64,000 nt of DNA from Pseudomonadota bacterium (GTDB lineage: Bacteria; Pseudomonadota; Gammaproteobacteria; Burkholderiales; JBFMAC01), in the NCBI GenBank assembly GCA_040756015.1, contig JBFMAC010000013.1, positions 6,483-70,482 of the forward strand, read 5' to 3'. Shown piece by piece: positions 47,069 to 55,473 of this stretch (its first letter is position 1; every line of letters begins with the position of its first letter). The translations under genes and the position numbers were made by a program. The notes beneath the pieces are model-generated. The model was not told the origin of the DNA. It saw nothing but the letters and a program-made list of their open reading frames with translations, and made no database searches.

Positions 47069-48607
47069 ATGAAAGTCACACCTGTCTTATTAATCATCCT
47101 CGACGGCTTCGGTTGCCGCGAAGAGACTGCCAACAACGCCATTGCCAGCGCGAAAAAACCGAACTGGGATCGTCTCTGGCGGCAATACCCGCATACTGCC
47201 ATCCATGCCTCAGAAGGCGCGGTCGGCCTGCCCGCCGGGCAGATGGGCAACTCCGAAGTGGGGCACCTCAACATTGGCGCCGGGCGCGTGGTGTACCAGG
47301 AATACACCCGCATCGCCCATGCCATCGAAACCGGCGAATTCTTCAAGAATCCCGCGCTGACCCAAGCCGTCGCCACCGCACGCGACAATAACAAGGCGCT
47401 GCACATCCTCGGCCTGCTCTCCCCCGGCGGTGTGCACAGCCACGAATCGCACATCCACGCCATGCTGGAAATGGCCGCCAAGGCCGGCGTGCAGAGCATC
47501 TACATCCACGCCTTCCTCGACGGGCGCGACACGCCGCCGAAAAGCGCCGCCGCTTCGATCGAGGCGTTGGAACGCAAGTGCGAGCAACTGCAAGTGGGAC
47601 GCATCGTCTCGGTGGTCGGCCGCTATTACGCGATGGATCGCGACAAACGCTGGGAACGTACCCACCCGGCGTATGAAGTCATCACGCAGGGCATGGCGGA
47701 ATTCCGCGCCAGAAGCGCCATGCAGGCGCTGGAAGCGGCCTACGCACGCGGCGAGACTGACGAATTCGTCAAAGCCACCGCCATCGTGCCGTCCGGCGCC
47801 TCGCCGGTGACGATGCACGACGGCGACGCCGTGGTGTTCATGAACTTCCGTTCCGACCGCGCGCGCCAGCTGACCATGGCGCTGACCGAAATGCACTTTT
47901 ACGGCTTCGACCGCAGCCTGTTCCCCAAGCTCGGTTATTACTGCACCCTCACCAGCTACGGCGAGGAGGTCAAGCAGCCGATCGCGTTCCCGCCCGAGCC
48001 CATCATCAACGGCTTCGGCGAATACATCGCCCGCCTCGGGCTGAAACAACTGCGTATCGCGGAAACGGAAAAGTACGCGCACGTCACCTATTTCTTCAAC
48101 GGCGGCAACGAGCAGCCCTATCCAGGCGAAGACCGCGTGCTGGTGCCCTCGCCCAAGGTGGCGACCTACGACCTCAAGCCGGAGATGAGCGCCTACGAAG
48201 TCACCGGTCGACTGGAAGCGGCGATACACAGCAAGCAGTACGACGCCATCATCTGCAACTACGCCAACGGCGACATGGTCGGCCACACCGGCAACCTGGA
48301 AGCAGCGACCACGGCAGTAGAAGCGCTCGACGCCTGCCTCGGCCGCGTGGTCAAGGCGATGCAGGACATCGGCGGCGAAACCATCATCACCGCCGACCAC
48401 GGCAACGCGGAAATGATGTCCGACCCCGCCACCCACCAGCCGCACACCGCACACACCCTCAACCTGGTGCCCTTCGTCTACATCGGGCGCAAGGCGCGCA
48501 TGGCCGAAACCGGCGCACTGCAGGACGTCGCGCCGACGCTGCTGAAAATGATGGGCGTGCCACAGCCGCCAGAAATGACCGGCAAAGCGCTGCTCGACTT
48601 CGAGTGA
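47069..48607 (+). CDS. gpmI: 2,3-bisphosphoglycerate-independent phosphoglycerate mutase
   Basis: ILDGFG, MGNSEVGH, DGRD, AETEKYAHVT and DMVGH motifs. Confidence 0.98.
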   Translation: MKVTPVLLIILDGFGCREETANNAIASAKKPNWDRLWRQYPHTAIHASEGAVGLPAGQMGNSEVGHLNIGAGRVVYQEYTRIAHAIETGEFFKNPALTQAVATARDNNKALHILGLLSPGGVHSHESHIHAMLEMAAKAGVQSIYIHAFLDGRDTPPKSAAASIEALERKCEQLQVGRIVSVVGRYYAMDRDKRWERTHPAYEVITQGMAEFRARSAMQALEAAYARGETDEFVKATAIVPSGASPVTMHDGDAVVFMNFRSDRARQLTMALTEMHFYGFDRSLFPKLGYYCTLTSYGEEVKQPIAFPPEPIINGFGEYIARLGLKQLRIAETEKYAHVTYFFNGGNEQPYPGEDRVLVPSPKVATYDLKPEMSAYEVTGRLEAAIHSKQYDAIICNYANGDMVGHTGNLEAATTAVEALDACLGRVVKAMQDIGGETIITADHGNAEMMSDPATHQPHTAHTLNLVPFVYIGRKARMAETGALQDVAPTLLKMMGVPQPPEMTGKALLDFE

Positions 48608-49830
48608 ACCGCCGGCGCGCTGCTGCCCTGTTATTCATTGCCCTTTGCTGCCTGCCTGCCGTGCACCCGGTACAGGCAGCCAGCAAAAAAGAACACGCTG
48701 CCAAACAGGAACAACTCAAGGACTTGCGCGGCCGCATCGCCGAGCTGCAACGCGAGTTGAGCGACGCCGAGGAATCGAAATCGGAAACCGCCGACGCGCT
48801 GCGCGAATCCGAGCGCGCCATCAGCGCAGCCAACCGCCGCCTGTTCGAGCTGGCCCTGGCGCAAAGCACTGTCCGCGCCACGCTCGCCGATTTGCAACAG
48901 AAAACCCGCAGCCGCGAAGGCGACCTTTCCATCCAGCAACAGCGACTGGAACGCCTGCTCTACCGGCAATACACGCAGGGCGCCCCCGACAGCCTGCGCC
49001 TGTTGCTCAGCGGCGCGAGCATCGAACAGAGCAGCCGCGACCTCGTCTACTACCGCCACATCGCGCAGGCGCGCGCGCAAACGCTGACCGAGCTGCACGA
49101 CCAAATCGCCGGCCTGCGCGAACTGGCCGACGCCACGCGAGAAAAACAGACGCAACTCGCCGCCATCGAAGCCGAGCAGAAACAGGAAAAGCAGCAACTG
49201 GAAAAACAGCAGGCGACGAAAAAACAGGTACTGCACAAGCTCTCGCGGCAAATCGGCGAACAACGCCGCCAGATCACCACCCTGCAACGCGACGAAAAGC
49301 GCCTGACCAGGCTGGTAGAGCGCCTGGCCAAGCTGCTGACGCAGCGCCCCGCCAGGAAGAAGACAAAACCCAGCACCGCGAAACCCGGTGCCACCAGGCC
49401 GGATATGCGCACAGCCGAGCCGGACGATCTGCACAGCGCCTTCCGGCAACTCAAGGGCAAGCTGAATTTCCCGCTGCGCGGGGAACTCGCCGGGCGTTTC
49501 GGCAGTCCACGTGCTGATGGCGGCTTATCCTGGAAAGGACTGTTCATCCGCGCCCAGAGCGGCGCTGAAATCCGGGCAGTGGCGGCAGGTCGGGTGGTGT
49601 ACGCCGACTGGCTACGCGGCTTCGGCAACCTGATGGTGATAGACCACGGCGACGACTATATGAGCCTGTACGGCAACAACGAAGCGCTGTACAAGCAGGT
49701 GGGCGACAACGTGACAGCGGGCGACGCTATCGCCAGCGTAGGAAACAGCGGCGGCAACGAGGAATCCGGTTTATACTTCGAGCTGCGTTTTCAGGGCAGA
49801 CCGCTCGACCCAATGAAGTGGTTACGTTAA
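48604..49830 (+). CDS. envC: Murein hydrolase activator EnvC (M23)
   Basis: Signal peptide, long coiled coil and degenerate LytM domain (WKGLFI, LYFELR). Confidence 0.9.
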   Translation: MNRRRAAALLFIALCCLPAVHPVQAASKKEHAAKQEQLKDLRGRIAELQRELSDAEESKSETADALRESERAISAANRRLFELALAQSTVRATLADLQQKTRSREGDLSIQQQRLERLLYRQYTQGAPDSLRLLLSGASIEQSSRDLVYYRHIAQARAQTLTELHDQIAGLRELADATREKQTQLAAIEAEQKQEKQQLEKQQATKKQVLHKLSRQIGEQRRQITTLQRDEKRLTRLVERLAKLLTQRPARKKTKPSTAKPGATRPDMRTAEPDDLHSAFRQLKGKLNFPLRGELAGRFGSPRADGGLSWKGLFIRAQSGAEIRAVAAGRVVYADWLRGFGNLMVIDHGDDYMSLYGNNEALYKQVGDNVTAGDAIASVGNSGGNEESGLYFELRFQGRPLDPMKWLR

Positions 49831-49852
49831 AGGTGGCAAGTAGGAGTTATTG

Positions 49853-51250
49853 ATGCGTATCAAATTACAACAAGCCGGGTTCATTGCGCTCGGCATCGTA
49901 TTCGGCGTCCTTATCAGCCTGAACTTTTCCGCAGTCGCCGACAAGGATGCGGGCGGCCCTCTGCCGGTCGAGGAACTGCGCGCCTTCGCCGAGGTGTTCG
50001 GCCGCGTCAAGAGCGATTACGTCGAGCCGGTCGATGACAAGAAGCTCATCACCGAGGCCATCAACGGCATGCTCACCGGCCTCGACCCGCACTCCGCCTA
50101 CCTCGACGCCGACGCCTTCAAGGAGCTGCAAGTCGGCACCCAGGGCGAATTCGGCGGACTCGGCATCGAAGTCGGCATGGAAGACGGCTTCGTCAAGGTG
50201 GTGGCGCCGATCGAGGACACCCCCGCATTCCGCGCCGGCATCAAGTCCGGCGACCTGATCTTCAAGATCGACGACACGCCGGTGAAGGGGCTCACCCTCA
50301 ACGAGGCGGTGTCACGCATGCGCGGCAAGCCCAACACCCAGATCACCCTGTCGGTGATGCGCAAGGGCGAGACCAAGCCGCTCACCTTCACGCTGACGCG
50401 CGCCGTCATCAAGGTGCAAAGCGTCAAGTCCAAACTGGTCGAACCCGGCTACGGCTACGTGCGCATCACCCAGTTCCAGGAACACACCGGCGAGAACCTG
50501 GCCAAGGCGCTGGAAGACATGTACAAGGAGAACAAGGCGCCGTTGCAAGGCTTGGTGCTCGACCTGCGCAACGACCCGGGCGGCCTGCTCAACAGCGCCG
50601 TGGGCGTGTCCGCCGCTTTCCTGCCCGCCGGCACTCTGGTGGTATACACCGACGGCCGCACCGAGGACTCGAAAATGAAGCTGACCGCCAGCCCGGAAAA
50701 TTATCTGCGCGGCAGCAAGACCGACTATCTGAAGAACCTGCCACCGGAAGTGAAGAGCGTGCCCATGGTGGTGCTCACCAACGGCGGCTCCGCCTCGGCG
50801 TCGGAAATCGTCGCCGGCGCACTGCAGGATCACAAGCGCGCCATCGTGATGGGTACGCAAACCTTCGGCAAGGGTTCGGTACAGACCATCCTGCCACTCG
50901 GCAACAACACCGCGATCAAACTCACCACCGCGCGTTATTACACGCCAAGCGGGCGCTCGATCCAGGCCAAGGGCGTCACCCCCGACATCGTGGTAGATGA
51001 AGCCACGGTCAACGGCACTTCAACCGACCCCTCGCTGCGCCTGCGCGAAGCCGACCTCGACAAGCACCTGAGCAACGACAAGCCGGGCAAGGACGAGCCG
51101 GCGCCGCCGCGCATCACTGCGCCGGCCGGCAAGCCGACCAGCGAGGAAGACAAGATCGACCCGCGCGAAATCGCCTCCAAGAGCGACTACCAGTTGAACC
51201 AGGCATTCAACTTACTGAAGGGCCTGCAAATCGTGCAGGGCAGGAGATAA
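49853..51250 (+). CDS. S41 C-terminal processing protease (CtpA-like)
   Basis: LDPHS, PDZ GLGI, DLRNDPGG, SASASE and FGKGSVQ motifs. Confidence 0.95.
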   Translation: MRIKLQQAGFIALGIVFGVLISLNFSAVADKDAGGPLPVEELRAFAEVFGRVKSDYVEPVDDKKLITEAINGMLTGLDPHSAYLDADAFKELQVGTQGEFGGLGIEVGMEDGFVKVVAPIEDTPAFRAGIKSGDLIFKIDDTPVKGLTLNEAVSRMRGKPNTQITLSVMRKGETKPLTFTLTRAVIKVQSVKSKLVEPGYGYVRITQFQEHTGENLAKALEDMYKENKAPLQGLVLDLRNDPGGLLNSAVGVSAAFLPAGTLVVYTDGRTEDSKMKLTASPENYLRGSKTDYLKNLPPEVKSVPMVVLTNGGSASASEIVAGALQDHKRAIVMGTQTFGKGSVQTILPLGNNTAIKLTTARYYTPSGRSIQAKGVTPDIVVDEATVNGTSTDPSLRLREADLDKHLSNDKPGKDEPAPPRITAPAGKPTSEEDKIDPREIASKSDYQLNQAFNLLKGLQIVQGRR

Positions 51251-51311
51251 CCGAACAGGGCACGCAGCCCCTGCAAACTGTGCACCCGTTTTAGCGGGGA
51301 ACCATGAAGAG

Positions 51312-51710
51312 ATGAAGAGCAACGACACCGTCAAGCAACGCGACATCTGCTTCAACGCCATGCCGCCCAACCAGGCGGAACAGGCACGCACCCTGTTGGC
51401 CAGCCTGGATCGCCTGGAGGTGTTCCCGTCGCCGCACGCGCACACCATCGTGGTGCAATACAACGTACTCGACTACACGCTCAAGGGTCTGGAGAGCGCG
51501 CTGGTCAGCCAGGGCTTCCACCTCGACAACAGCCTGTTCCACAAGATCAAGCGCGCGCTCATCCACTACCTAGAAGACGTGCAGCTCGACAACCTGCGCT
51601 CACCGGACCGGCAGACCAAGTCCTCGCGCGAAATCTTCATCAACGCGTATGGGCACCATGAGCATGGGGATCATGATGCCACCCCCCCGGAGTGGCGTGA
51701 CTACCGCTGA
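51312..51710 (+). CDS. Hypothetical protein with His-rich C-terminus
   Basis: Clean ORF with host-like codon use; ends GHHEHGDHDATPPEWRDYR. Confidence 0.75.
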   Translation: MKSNDTVKQRDICFNAMPPNQAEQARTLLASLDRLEVFPSPHAHTIVVQYNVLDYTLKGLESALVSQGFHLDNSLFHKIKRALIHYLEDVQLDNLRSPDRQTKSSREIFINAYGHHEHGDHDATPPEWRDYR

Positions 51711-51794
51711 TTCCGCTGCCCTCGCGCGGCACTGACTTTGTTGGCCAGGGCAAGGAACGTAGCGCCCTTTCCGAAAAAGGGTACAATATTCGGC

Positions 51795-52028
51795 ATGCGC
51801 AACATCTCTATTGCCGACATTCTTGAGCTTCCCGTACAGGAGCGCATTCGCCTCGTTGAACTGATCTGGGACAGCGTTGCCGCCGTGCCTGAAGCCGTGG
51901 AAATTTCGCCCGCGCTTAAGGCTGAACTCGAAGCGCGTCTGGCAGAGTTCGAAGCGAACCCGGAAGCGGGTTATTCCTGGGATCAGGTGAAAGCGTACCT
52001 TAAAGATGGCTCATGGCGTACCGCCTGA
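51795..52028 (+). CDS. Addiction module antitoxin (TIGR02574-like)
   Basis: LPVQERIRLVELIWDS, ELEARL and SWDQVK motifs. Confidence 0.88.
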   Translation: MRNISIADILELPVQERIRLVELIWDSVAAVPEAVEISPALKAELEARLAEFEANPEAGYSWDQVKAYLKDGSWRTA

Positions 52029-52309
52029 AATTCTCCGCACGAGCATTGCGTGAAATTGGCGAAGCTCAAGAGTGGTACGAATTACAGAGTCCCGGCCTCG
52101 GTGAGGAATTCATTGCCGCAATGGAGTTGCAGTTAAAACGACTGGAGCAAGCCCCGCTGCTTTATGCCGAGGTGATTCCCCGTGTTCGCCGGGCACTCCT
52201 TCCAAGATTTCCTTACGGTTTGTTTTATGCAGTACGGGATGATCTCGTACAAGTTTTGGCTGTGTTACATGATGCTCGCAATCCGAGCCGTTGGCCCAAA
52301 ACCTGCTAA
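52013..52309 (+). CDS. RelE/ParE family toxin
   Basis: WYELQSPGLGEEF, RRALLPRFPY and LAVLH..RNP motifs; overlaps the antitoxin. Confidence 0.9.
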   Translation: MAYRLKFSARALREIGEAQEWYELQSPGLGEEFIAAMELQLKRLEQAPLLYAEVIPRVRRALLPRFPYGLFYAVRDDLVQVLAVLHDARNPSRWPKTC

Positions 52310-52469
52310 CCATGCGGAACGTGCCTACGGCAATACTGCACTCGCCGCCTCGTTATCATCCGCGTCAGAACAACGGAATGGCGCCATAGCAAGCACCGAA
52401 CGAGCGCTTTGCTTTTTTTCCTCGGCCGGCAACGCTCAAAGAACTCGAATCCATATAGCCATCACTTCC

Positions 52470-53231
52470 ATGAACGATAACCAACTGCTGCGCTATAGCC
52501 GCCACATCCTGTTGCCGCAGATCGGCATCGAGGGCCAGCAGGCGCTGCTGGCCGCGCATGTGCTGGTGATCGGCGCGGGCGGGCTGGGCTCGCCCGCCGC
52601 GCTGTACCTCGCCGCCGCCGGGGTGGGCACGCTGACGATTTGCGACGGCGACACGGTGGACCTCACCAATTTGCAGCGGCAGATCCTGCACCGCACCACC
52701 GCGGTCGGCGATGCCAAGACCGCTTCGGCGCAGCGCACGCTGGCCGAGATCAATCCCGAGGTGCGCGTCAACGCGATCAACGAGCGTGTCGATGCGGCGC
52801 GCCTGCTCGAACTCGTTGCACCAGCCGACGTGGTGGTGGACGGCAGCGACAACTTCGCCACGCGCCACGCGGTCAACCGCGCCTGCGTGCAGCTGAAGAA
52901 GCCGCTGGTGTCGGGCGCGGCGATCCGCTTCGACGGCCAGGTGGCGGTGTTCGACCTGCGCCGCGACGACAGCCCCTGCTATCACTGCCTGTTCCCGGAA
53001 TACGCCGAAGGCGAGGAGGAACGCTGCGCGCTGATGGGTGTGTTCGCACCGCTCACCGGCATCATCGGCTGCATGCAGGCGGCGGAAGCATTGAAGCTGC
53101 TGCTCGGCACGCCCACGCTCGCCGGCAAGCTCATGCTGCTGGATGCACTCACCATGACCTGGCGCACCATCGTGCTGAAGCAGGACAGCGCGTGCAGCGT
53201 GTGCAACGCCGAGAAGTTGCACACGACGTGA
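52470..53231 (+). CDS. moeB: HesA/MoeB/ThiF family adenylyltransferase
   Basis: RYSRHILL, GAGGLG, NLQRQ, DNF, CYHC and CSVC motifs. Confidence 0.9.
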   Translation: MNDNQLLRYSRHILLPQIGIEGQQALLAAHVLVIGAGGLGSPAALYLAAAGVGTLTICDGDTVDLTNLQRQILHRTTAVGDAKTASAQRTLAEINPEVRVNAINERVDAARLLELVAPADVVVDGSDNFATRHAVNRACVQLKKPLVSGAAIRFDGQVAVFDLRRDDSPCYHCLFPEYAEGEEERCALMGVFAPLTGIIGCMQAAEALKLLLGTPTLAGKLMLLDALTMTWRTIVLKQDSACSVCNAEKLHTT

Positions 53232-55333
53232 TGGTGCAGCGCTTGCGCATCCTGTTTGCCGCCGCGCCGTTCCTCGCCGCGTTCGTCGCGTTCGCCGCTC
53301 AGGCGCAGGTGTTGCCACACCACGAGCTGCGCGTCGCGTTGCAGCCCGACCAGCACATCCTCATCGCCAGCGACACGCTGATCCTGCCTGAAGGCACGCG
53401 CGAAATCGAGTTCACGTTGCACCGTGGCCTGCACCCCGCCTCGCCCGACGCCACGCTGGAAGTGCAGGGAAGCGACGGCTGGCTGCAACAATATCGCGTC
53501 GTGCTGCCCGCCGGCAGCCGCCGCTTCACGCTCAACTACCGTGGCGAAATCTATCAGCCGCCGCAGCAGGAAAAGCGCGAGGCGCGTACCTTCGAAACCA
53601 CGCCGGGGGTGATCTCCGCCGAAGGCGTGTTCCTCTCCGCCAACAGCGGCTGGTATCCGCAGCTTCCCGGCATGACCACCTTCTCCCTCACCGTCGAAAC
53701 ACCCGCCGGCTGGCGCGCAGTGAGTCAGGGCGCATACCAGGAGGGACGCTGGCAGGAAACGCAGCCGCAGGACGAGATCTACCTGATCGCCGCGCCTTAC
53801 ACCGAATACGCGGCGGACGCCGGCGGCATCGCCGCGCTGGTGTACCTGCGCCAGGACGACACCGCGCTGGCGCAACGCTACCTCGACGCCACGCGCCGCT
53901 ACCTTGCGCTCTACCAGAACCTGCTCGGCCCCTATCCCTACGCCAAGTTCGCGCTGGTGGAAAATTTCTGGGAGACTGGCTATGGCATGCCTTCGTTCAC
54001 CCTGCTCGGCAGCCAGGTGATCCGCCTGCCCTTCATCGCCGACACCTCCTACCCGCACGAAATCCTGCACAACTGGTGGGGCAACGGCGTCTATGTCGAT
54101 TACGAGCGCGGCAACTGGTCGGAGGGGCTCACCGCCTACCTCGCCGACCATCTGCTGCAGGAACAGAAAGGCCAGGGCGCCGATCACCGGCGCGGCACCC
54201 TGCAGAAATACGCCGACTTCATCAACGCGGAGCGCGATTTCCCGCTCGCCGAATTCAGCTCGCGCCACAGCATGGCGACGGAAGCGGTGGGCTACGGCAA
54301 GGCGTTGATGCTGTTCCACATGCTGCGCCGCGAACTGGGCGACGCGATCTTCGTGCAGGCGCTGCGCGCTTTCTACCGCGACCAGCTGTTCAAGCGCGCC
54401 GGTTACGCCGAGCTTGAAGCTGCGTTCAGCAAGACGAGCGGGCGCGACCTGCACAACTTCTTCGCGCAATGGGTGGAACGCGAAGGCGCGCCGCAACTGC
54501 AACTGGAGCAGCCGCGCGCACGCCGCACCGCACAAGGATACGAGCTGAGCTTCACACTCACGCAAAGCCAGTCCGGCTCAACCTACGCGCTCAGTGTACC
54601 CATCGCGGTCACGCTCGCGGGAGCAGAAACGGCCTACCAGACCACGGTGACGATGCAGGACAAGCAAACCAAGGTGCGCATTACCGTGCCTGGCCAACCC
54701 TTGCGCTTGGATATTGATCCCGAGTTCGACCTGTTCCGCCGCCTGGCCCGAGCCGAAATCCCGCCCGCTTTCTCGCAACTGTTCGGCGCGGAGCGCCTCA
54801 CCATCGTGCTGCCCACCAGTGCATCAGCAGACCTGCGCACTCAATACCAGGCCATTGCGCAAACCTGGCAGCAACAGCCTGGGCGCCGCACCCGCATCAA
54901 ATGGGACAACGAAATCGACGCGCTGCCGCAAGACAGCGCGGTGTGGCTGTTCGGCTGGGAAAACGCTTTCCTCGCTGAAATGCTCGGCGCGTTGCCTGAC
55001 GGCACATTACAGGAACATGGGGTACATCTCGACGATGAGGAATATCCGCGTGACGGCCACGCTTACGCCCTGAGCGCAGGGCGCGACGGCCAGACCATCG
55101 CCTGGCTCGCCGCCGACAGCCCCGCCGCACTGCCGACGCTGGCGCGCAAGCTGCCGCACTACGCCAAATTCGGCTACGCCGCATTCGCCGGCGACCAGGT
55201 CAGCAATCTCGCCAAGGGCAGTTGGGAAGCAACGCGCTCGCCACTCGCGCAAGCGGTGGTGCAGGAAGACGGCAACAGCATGGACGTGCCGCGCGCCAGG
55301 CTTTCTACACGTTCAGCACTTGCTGCGCCGTAA
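53231..55333 (+). CDS. M1 family aminopeptidase, exported
   Basis: Signal peptide, HEILHNWWG...SEGL (HExxH-E) and YGKA; TGATG coupling to moeB. Confidence 0.88.
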   Translation: MVQRLRILFAAAPFLAAFVAFAAQAQVLPHHELRVALQPDQHILIASDTLILPEGTREIEFTLHRGLHPASPDATLEVQGSDGWLQQYRVVLPAGSRRFTLNYRGEIYQPPQQEKREARTFETTPGVISAEGVFLSANSGWYPQLPGMTTFSLTVETPAGWRAVSQGAYQEGRWQETQPQDEIYLIAAPYTEYAADAGGIAALVYLRQDDTALAQRYLDATRRYLALYQNLLGPYPYAKFALVENFWETGYGMPSFTLLGSQVIRLPFIADTSYPHEILHNWWGNGVYVDYERGNWSEGLTAYLADHLLQEQKGQGADHRRGTLQKYADFINAERDFPLAEFSSRHSMATEAVGYGKALMLFHMLRRELGDAIFVQALRAFYRDQLFKRAGYAELEAAFSKTSGRDLHNFFAQWVEREGAPQLQLEQPRARRTAQGYELSFTLTQSQSGSTYALSVPIAVTLAGAETAYQTTVTMQDKQTKVRITVPGQPLRLDIDPEFDLFRRLARAEIPPAFSQLFGAERLTIVLPTSASADLRTQYQAIAQTWQQQPGRRTRIKWDNEIDALPQDSAVWLFGWENAFLAEMLGALPDGTLQEHGVHLDDEEYPRDGHAYALSAGRDGQTIAWLAADSPAALPTLARKLPHYAKFGYAAFAGDQVSNLAKGSWEATRSPLAQAVVQEDGNSMDVPRARLSTRSALAAP

Positions 55334-55473
55334 GGCTGAAACCGTTTACCGCAGAGGACGCAGAGGGCGCGAAGGAAAGACAACCGGAGCGTTAGCGCTT
55401 CCCTACGCGACCGCACCACACTGCCTATAATTGACTTGCTCATTGATGCAATGCAGCTTGCCGCCATGACCCC

